Shown here: positions 58,657-64,000 of the stretch, piece after piece
How positions within the stretch are numbered: position 1 is the first letter of the stretch
Layout: each line of letters opens with the position of its first letter
NCBI GenBank assembly: GCA_019118925.1
Contig: DWYC01000053.1
Coordinates: 73,557 to 137,556 of the forward strand
Length of the DNA: 64,000 bases
Direction: 5' to 3'
Source: Candidatus Flavonifractor intestinipullorum
Lineage (GTDB): Bacteria > Bacillota > Clostridia > Oscillospirales > Oscillospiraceae
Translations under genes and position numbers: made by a program
The notes under the pieces: generated by a model
Seen by the model: the letters and a program-made list of their open reading frames with translations, nothing else
What the model was told of the DNA's origin: nothing
Database searches by the model: none

Positions 58657-59943
58657 TCAGTGTCCTTTCTTCCGGTTCCGCCGCCAGAGGAGAATGCCCA
58701 GGAGAAGCACGAGCCCAAGGCCCGCCGGAATGGCCAGCAGTCTCCAAAGGGCCAGGGTGTAGGTGGTGATGCCGAGGGTGGAGGTCACACGGTCGGAGAA
58801 GGAGAGCTGCGGCGCGGAGTAGAGCGTGAAGGACAGGTCCTCCTCCGGGAGGCCCTCCGCGTGGGCGGAATAGGAGCCGTCCGGCTGCGCCTCCAGAGGA
58901 AGGGAGGAGGCGATGACGTAGGGATAGCCGCTCTCTCCGGCGTCCACCGTGACATCCAGCGTCCCGAAGGAGGCCCAGTGCCGGGCGGGAGAGAGAAGAT
59001 AGGTGAAGGTGTGCTGCCAGTCGGCGGTGCCTTCCCGGGCGCCGTCGCTGCGGGTGTTGTAGGACACCGCCACCTCCACCGTCTCCCCAGCGGGGAAATT
59101 CGCTGTGTAGAGGAACTGCAGGGGGACATCGGAGTAGTCCAGGTTCTCCAGCCACTCCATCAAGGCCAACGGGGAGTTGGTCCACTGCTCCTCCAGCTGG
59201 CGGTATTTGCAGGCGGCGAGGGAATCCAGGTACCCGGCGCAGCGGTCTCCATACTGCTCCTCCAGATAGGAGCGGAAATAGGCGGAGAAGGGCACTTCTT
59301 CGGTGTCCACGGTATAGCCGCCGGAGACGGTGTAGTCCAGCACCCCGTTCAGGGCATAGACCCACACGGTGGCCTCCTGGCGGCTGCCCAGGGTGAGCGA
59401 GCCATCCTCTTCGCCGGAATAGGAGTGGATGCCGTCGCAATCGACCCAGAGATTGCCCTGGGGAGCGGGGAGAGTGAGGGTATTGTCACTTCCCTCCGGC
59501 GCGGAGGACAGGTGAAAGGTGTAGAGGGTGCCGGTCTGATCGGGGTCAAAAGACTGGGGGCGGTAGTCGGGAGATACCCCGTCCCACACCAGTTGGAAGG
59601 GAAGCGTTTCACCCCCGGCGGTGATGGACACTCCGCCGGGGTCAAAGTCCCACACGGACTCCTCCAGAGAGAAGGCCATCTGGACCTTTCGGTCCTCCGC
59701 CGTGGGGTTCTCCATCTGATAGACGGCCTTTACCTGGGCGTTGAGGGAGTAATCGTCGGATTCGGCGACCTGGAAGGACAGGTCCTCATGGAGGACGGCG
59801 ATGGGGCAGTCCGCCTCCACCGCCAGCACTTCCGAGCCGGGCGAGCCCTCCCAGTGGGTGGGGGCGGAGTTGGCGCGGGCCGGCGTGAGCAGGGCCGGCA
59901 GCAGAGTCAGCAGGGCCAGGGCGCAAGAGAGCGTTCGTTTCAT
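58657..59943 (-). CDS. Hypothetical exported protein with a C-terminal membrane anchor
   Basis: Signal peptide (ARA/NSAP), acidic ectodomain, C-terminal TM + RRNRKK; AAGGAGG RBS. Confidence 0.8.
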   Translation of the reverse strand: MKRTLSCALALLTLLPALLTPARANSAPTHWEGSPGSEVLAVEADCPIAVLHEDLSFQVAESDDYSLNAQVKAVYQMENPTAEDRKVQMAFSLEESVWDFDPGGVSITAGGETLPFQLVWDGVSPDYRPQSFDPDQTGTLYTFHLSSAPEGSDNTLTLPAPQGNLWVDCDGIHSYSGEEDGSLTLGSRQEATVWVYALNGVLDYTVSGGYTVDTEEVPFSAYFRSYLEEQYGDRCAGYLDSLAACKYRQLEEQWTNSPLALMEWLENLDYSDVPLQFLYTANFPAGETVEVAVSYNTRSDGAREGTADWQHTFTYLLSPARHWASFGTLDVTVDAGESGYPYVIASSLPLEAQPDGSYSAHAEGLPEEDLSFTLYSAPQLSFSDRVTSTLGITTYTLALWRLLAIPAGLGLVLLLGILLWRRNRKKGH

Positions 59944-60026
59944 GGGTGCCTCCTTTCCAGATTTGAGGGTCCTGCATCTTCAGTATAACAGCTTCCGCTC
60001 CCTTCAGCGAGAACAAAAGGGTAACA

Positions 60027-60061
60027 AAAAGCCGCTCTCCCCAATTTTGGGGAGAGCGGCC
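60027..60061 (-). terminator. Terminator after glyQS
   Basis: GCCGCTCTCCCC..GGGGAGAGCGGC followed by a T-run on the minus strand. Confidence 0.75.
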
Positions 60062-60077
60062 ATCGTCTCGAAGGGGC

Positions 60078-61499
60078 TTAGAACTTCACCCGCTGGGCGA
60101 TATAGTCCCGGACCTGGTCCATGGGAATACGGACCTGCTCCATGGTGTCGCGGTCCCGGATGGTGACGCAGCCGTCGGCCTCCTCCGTGTCGCTGCCCAC
60201 CGTCTGGAAGTCCACGGTGATGCAGTAGGGGGTGCCGATCTCGTCCTGACGGCGGTAGCGCTTGCCGATGGAGCCGGCCTCATCGTAGTCCACCATAAAG
60301 TCCTTGGAGAGTTCCTCCACCAGCTTCTGGGCGGGCTCGGAGAGCTTCTTGCTCAGGGGGAGCACGGCGCACTTAAAGGGCGCCAGGGCCGGATGGAGGC
60401 GCAGCACCGTGCGCACGTCGTTTTTCGCGGCGTCCACCACCTCTTCGTCGTAGGCGTCCACCAGGAAGGCCAGAGTCACCCGGTCGGCGCCCAGAGAGGG
60501 CTCGATGACGAAGGGGATATAGTGCTCGTTTTTCTCCTGGTCAAAGTAGGTCATATCCTTGCCGGAGGTGTTCTGGTGCTGGGTCAGGTCGAAGTTGGTG
60601 CGGCTGGCCACACCCCACAGCTCGCCCCAGCCGAAGGGGAAGACGAACTCAAAGTCGGTGGTGGCGTTGGAGTAGTGGCTGAGCTCCTCAGGGTCATGGT
60701 CCCGCAGGCGCAGATTCTCCTCCTTCATACCCAGGGAGAGCAGCCACTGCTTGCAGAAGTCCTTCCAGTAGGCGAACCACTCCAGCTCGGTGCCGGGCTG
60801 GCAGAAGAATTCCAGCTCCATCTGCTCGAACTCCCGGGTGCGGAAGGTGAAGTTGCCCGGGGTGATCTCGTTTCGGAAGCTCTTGCCCACCTGGCATACG
60901 CCGAAGGGGAGCTTTTTCCGGGTGGTGCGCTGGACGTTCTGGAAGTTGACGAAGATGCCCTGGGCGGTCTCGGGGCGCAGGTAGACGGTGTTTTTGGCGT
61001 CCTCGGTGACCCCCTGGAAGGTCTTGAACATCAGGTTAAACTGCCGGATGTCGGTCCAGTTGTGCTGGCCGCAGGTGGGACAGGCGATCTGATGTTCCTC
61101 AATGAACTCCTTCATCTGGGCCTGGCTCATGGCGTCCACACTGTGGCCCAGGTCAAAGTGGTTCTCCTGGCACCAGTCTTCAATGACCTTGTCGGCGCGG
61201 AAGCGCTCCTTACACTCCTTGCAGTCCATCAGAGGGTCGGAGAAGCCGCCCACATGGCCGGAGGCCACCCACACCTGAGGATTCATCAGAATGGCGGCGT
61301 CCAGGCCCACGTTGTACTTGTTCTCCTGGACGAACTTCTTCCACCAGGCCTTTTTGACGTTGTTCTTCAGCTCCACGCCCAAGGGGCCGTAGTCCCAGGT
61401 ATTGGCGAGACCGCCGTAGATCTCGCTGCCGGCGAAGATAAATCCCCGGCCTTTGCACAGGGAAACGATCTGGTCCATGGTTTTTTCCGTATTTTTCAT
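60078..61499 (-). CDS. glyQS: Glycine-tRNA ligase (alpha2 type)
   Basis: [36 protein letters not shown] and [13 protein letters not shown]. Confidence 0.97.
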   Translation of the reverse strand: MKNTEKTMDQIVSLCKGRGFIFAGSEIYGGLANTWDYGPLGVELKNNVKKAWWKKFVQENKYNVGLDAAILMNPQVWVASGHVGGFSDPLMDCKECKERFRADKVIEDWCQENHFDLGHSVDAMSQAQMKEFIEEHQIACPTCGQHNWTDIRQFNLMFKTFQGVTEDAKNTVYLRPETAQGIFVNFQNVQRTTRKKLPFGVCQVGKSFRNEITPGNFTFRTREFEQMELEFFCQPGTELEWFAYWKDFCKQWLLSLGMKEENLRLRDHDPEELSHYSNATTDFEFVFPFGWGELWGVASRTNFDLTQHQNTSGKDMTYFDQEKNEHYIPFVIEPSLGADRVTLAFLVDAYDEEVVDAAKNDVRTVLRLHPALAPFKCAVLPLSKKLSEPAQKLVEELSKDFMVDYDEAGSIGKRYRRQDEIGTPYCITVDFQTVGSDTEEADGCVTIRDRDTMEQVRIPMDQVRDYIAQRVKF

Positions 61500-61549
61500 A
61501 GGAAATCGACTCCAATCTGCCGCGCAGGCGGCGTGTGATAGGCTCGAGG

Positions 61550-61830
61550 GCGAAAAAAACGCCCTGAGCCTTCGTTCGGGCTCAGGGCGAACAAAATGTC
61601 CGTGGTACCACCTGAATTCGGAGCGGGCTGCTCCGCACTCGATCCGGCGCAGAAATCACACCGGCTGTCCCGGTAACGGGGGACGGACGGCGGCGCCTAC
61701 TGGGGAAATTCCCGTTTGGGCCGCAGCTCCCGGGCGCCCTTCCGCAAAGCCCTTCGGGGACCTTCCACCAAAGCGGTCCCTCTCTGAGGCCGGAGCCGTG
61801 CGTACTTCTCCCGGTCATTGCCTGAGTATT
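61550..61830 (-). ncRNA. T-box riboswitch (Gly)
   Basis: T-box AGGTGGTACCACGG (rev 61600-61613), terminator CGCCCTGAGCC..GGCTCAGGGCG-T7, GGC specifier candidate in stem I; promoter TTGACG-17-TAGAAT at 61871-61843. Confidence 0.88.
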
Positions 61831-61884
61831 GACGTTTGCTGTATTCTACCACTCTTTTTCCCATTCGTCAAGGAGAAAAGAACC

Positions 61885-62160
61885 TCACAGGTCTTTGGAC
61901 TTCATCTTATCCAGCTCGGCTTTCTGCCGTGCCTTCGCCCGGCCGGTGCCCATAAAGTAGGCCGCCAGCAGGCCCAAAACGCACATGCCGCCCGGAATCA
62001 GATAGAGGGGGCTGCCGTCGACAAGGCACATTATAGCAAAAATTACCACAAAGAGGATGGGCAAAATAAGCCCCAGGCGGAGCTTCTGTTTCTGTCCGAA
62101 ATAGAATTGGACGGCGATGAGGGCGATGGTGAGAAACATTCCTATGACATCGGAAAGCAT
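61885..62160 (-). CDS. Small 3-TM hypothetical protein
   Basis: 91 aa, hydrophobic, ELDKMKSKDL tail; GAGGAGG RBS; follows the DUF2089 gene. Confidence 0.8.
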   Translation of the reverse strand: MLSDVIGMFLTIALIAVQFYFGQKQKLRLGLILPILFVVIFAIMCLVDGSPLYLIPGGMCVLGLLAAYFMGTGRAKARQKAELDKMKSKDL

Positions 62161-62172
62161 GATGATTCCTCC

Positions 62173-62505
62173 TCAGGTTGCAGCGTCGGGGCGTACCACA
62201 GGGGCCGGAGTTTCCCGCTGGTAGTGGTCCAGAATGTCTTTGGCGGTTTCCAGGTCAATGCGCCCATCCACGGCCAGACTCTTGATGTAGGCCTGAAAGG
62301 GCGCCTCCTGCCGCTGGTCGTTGATCTGGATTTTCTGAATGAGCTTATCCAGCCGCAGGCGTACCGTGGGATAGGAGACCGCGTAATATTTTGCAATATC
62401 CTTCAATGAGCCCGAACGCAGCACAAAGTTTTTCAAAAATGCGGCGTCCTCTTCCTCCAGACCCAGAAACCACTGGGGAATGCGATCCAATTCCAGTGTG
62501 TTCAC
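62173..62505 (-). CDS. DUF2089 family HTH protein
   Basis: FLKNFVLRSGSLKDIAKYYAVSYPTVRLRLDKLI. Confidence 0.85.
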   Translation of the reverse strand: MNTLELDRIPQWFLGLEEEDAAFLKNFVLRSGSLKDIAKYYAVSYPTVRLRLDKLIQKIQINDQRQEAPFQAYIKSLAVDGRIDLETAKDILDHYQRETPAPVVRPDAAT

Positions 62506-62627
62506 CCCTCTCTGGTTTTAATAAATTAAATATAGCATAAATAAAATAAAAGTCAAGACAAATATGAACTTTATTTTTTGAAAGATAAGACCCCGCCTTT
62601 TATTTTCAAAAGACGGGGCCGGAGCGC

Positions 62628-63536
62628 TCAGCCGAGCAGCAATTCCAGATCGCTGAGGGTGAGTTGGGGGTGGAGGGCCAGGTTGATGCCGAAGGCCACC
62701 GTTCTGGAGAGGTCCTCCACATCCTGATCGATCTCCCGGGGAGTCACAATGACCCCCTGTCCGGAGCCGGACAGGGACTCGGGCGTGTAGGCCCCCTGTC
62801 CGGCCTCCTCCAACACGTCGGCGCAGAGGGTGGCGGCGTCCACCACGGTGGGGACACCCACCGCCACGACCGGGATTCCCAGGCTCTCCCGGTTCAGGGC
62901 CCGCCGGTGGTTGCCCACCCCGGAGCCGGGGACAATGCCGGTGTCGGAGAGCTGCACGGTGCGGCATACCCGGCGCAGGGAGCGGGCGGCCAGGGCGTCC
63001 ACCGCCAGAACACAGGCCGGGCGGACGGTTTCGGAGAGGGCGGAGAGGAGCTCGGCGCTCTCAATGCCGGTGGAGCCCAACACCCCGGGGGCCAGGGCGG
63101 ACACCGGGCGGTAGGCGGCAAAATGCTCGGGTACGCTGTGGATCAGATGCCGGGTGACCAGAGTGAGGTCGGCGACCCGTGGTCCCACCGCGTCGGGAGT
63201 GATGGCCCGGTTTCCCAGCCCGGCCACCAGGACCGGCGCGCGGGGCGGCAGATCTTTCAGCAGTTCGTTTAGCTCCCCGGCCAGGGCCCTGACGGCCCGG
63301 GGGAACGCGTCCTCCTCCCGGCGCAGGAGTTCCTCCAGACCAAGCGTGATATAGTGTCCCTCCGGCTTGCCCAGGGCCTGGGCTCCCTCCCGGTCCAGGA
63401 TGTCCACCCGGGTCACCGGAAACCCCTCCCGGCGGTCCTCCCGGGCCCGGACCCCGGGCAGGGCGCTCTCTTCCCCGGCGGAGGCCCGCCAGAGGGCGTG
63501 GGCCTCGTCGGCCAGGTCGGTTCTGCGTGTGAGCAT
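62628..63536 (-). CDS. gpr: Germination protease GPR
   Basis: RTDLADEA, GLGN..ITPDAVGP, PGVLGSTGIE, DTGIVPGSGVGNHR and GVPTVVDA; divergent from rpsT. Confidence 0.95.
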   Translation of the reverse strand: MLTRRTDLADEAHALWRASAGEESALPGVRAREDRREGFPVTRVDILDREGAQALGKPEGHYITLGLEELLRREEDAFPRAVRALAGELNELLKDLPPRAPVLVAGLGNRAITPDAVGPRVADLTLVTRHLIHSVPEHFAAYRPVSALAPGVLGSTGIESAELLSALSETVRPACVLAVDALAARSLRRVCRTVQLSDTGIVPGSGVGNHRRALNRESLGIPVVAVGVPTVVDAATLCADVLEEAGQGAYTPESLSGSGQGVIVTPREIDQDVEDLSRTVAFGINLALHPQLTLSDLELLLG

Positions 63537-63611
63537 GGCGCTGACCTCCTCTTCCGGAGCGCCTCCAGCCCGGGGCTGGAGAAAAAAATCCCCGGAAATC
63601 AAAAATAACAG

Positions 63612-63640
63612 TTGCATTTTTCCCGATTGACTGCTAAAAT
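63612..63640 (+). promoter_or_regulatory. SigA promoter of rpsT
   Basis: TTGCAT-17-(TGC)TAAAAT. Confidence 0.7.
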
Positions 63641-63691
63641 ATAAAAATGCATGGGCGACCATGCAAATCGTCATCGGAGGAGGTGTTTGGT

Positions 63692-63955
63692 TTGCCGAAT
63701 ATCAAGTCTGCCAAGAAGCGTGTCCTGGTGAACAAGACCAAGGCCATGCAGAACAAGGTCGCCAAGTCGGCGCTCAAGACCGATATCAAGAAGTTTGAGG
63801 CTGCGGTGGCGGAAGGCAACCGCAGCGAGGCCGATAGCGCTTACAAGGTGGCTGTCAAGGCCGTCGACAAGGCTGTGGGCCATGGTCTGCTGCACCGGAA
63901 CAATGCCGCGCGCAAGAAGAGCGCCATGACCATCAAGCTCAACAAGCTGGCCTAA
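63692..63955 (+). CDS. rpsT: 30S ribosomal protein S20
   Basis: TTG start after GGAGGTG; PNIKSAKKR..HRNNAARKKS. Confidence 0.97.
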   Translation: MPNIKSAKKRVLVNKTKAMQNKVAKSALKTDIKKFEAAVAEGNRSEADSAYKVAVKAVDKAVGHGLLHRNNAARKKSAMTIKLNKLA

Positions 63956-63977
63956 TTGGATAAAACATGGTCGAAAG

Positions 63978-64000
63978 AACCGCCTGCTTTGCAGGCGGTT
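63978..64000 (+). terminator. Terminator hairpin after rpsT (truncated by the window edge)
   Basis: AACCGCCTGC-ttt-GCAGGCGGTT. Confidence 0.65.

Noticed and set aside
57992-59440. 482-aa version of the pentapeptide-repeat ORF
   Set aside because: The N-terminal extension overlaps the real 58657-59943 gene in another frame; the true start is ATG 58654.

Overview
High-GC chromosome of a spore-forming Clostridia member (Oscillospiraceae-like, inferred from gene content), spanning the replication origin: jag-yidC-yidD-rnpA-rpmH / oriC / dnaA-dnaN-yaaA-recF-remB-gyrB-gyrA. Left of it are housekeeping genes (PFOR, comM-like ATPase, mnmE, mnmG, mnmA, thiI, cinA, azlCD) and the start of an anaerobic purine/urate catabolism cluster (dpaL/ygeX-ygeY-ygeW). 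The main accessory feature is an ~18.5 kb minus-strand, non-canonical type VII secretion locus (22780-41235). It encodes EssC, EsaB/YukD, an EsaE-like protein, six small WXG100-type proteins, one extended WXG100-like substrate and DUF4176, with no recognisable EsaA/EssA/EssB. It also encodes an SLH-TM-FHA protein, a Ser/Thr kinase-TM-TPR, a vWA surface protein, a TPR/RCC1 protein, a zinc-ribbon membrane protein with an A7 frameshift, an unannotated ~45-aa TM peptide and an atypical LytTR regulator. A LytTR-type 21-bp-period direct repeat lies directly upstream of the WXG100 array. Other notable signals are a small membrane protein with LexA boxes over its promoter, a DnaA-box cluster upstream of the displaced mnmE, an AT-rich orphan gene next to a perfect 40-bp palindrome, and unusual quinolone-pocket residues in GyrA/GyrB near a pentapeptide-repeat gene. 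No rRNA, tRNA, CRISPR array or transposase was seen. All family assignments come from motifs recognised by eye, not from database searches.
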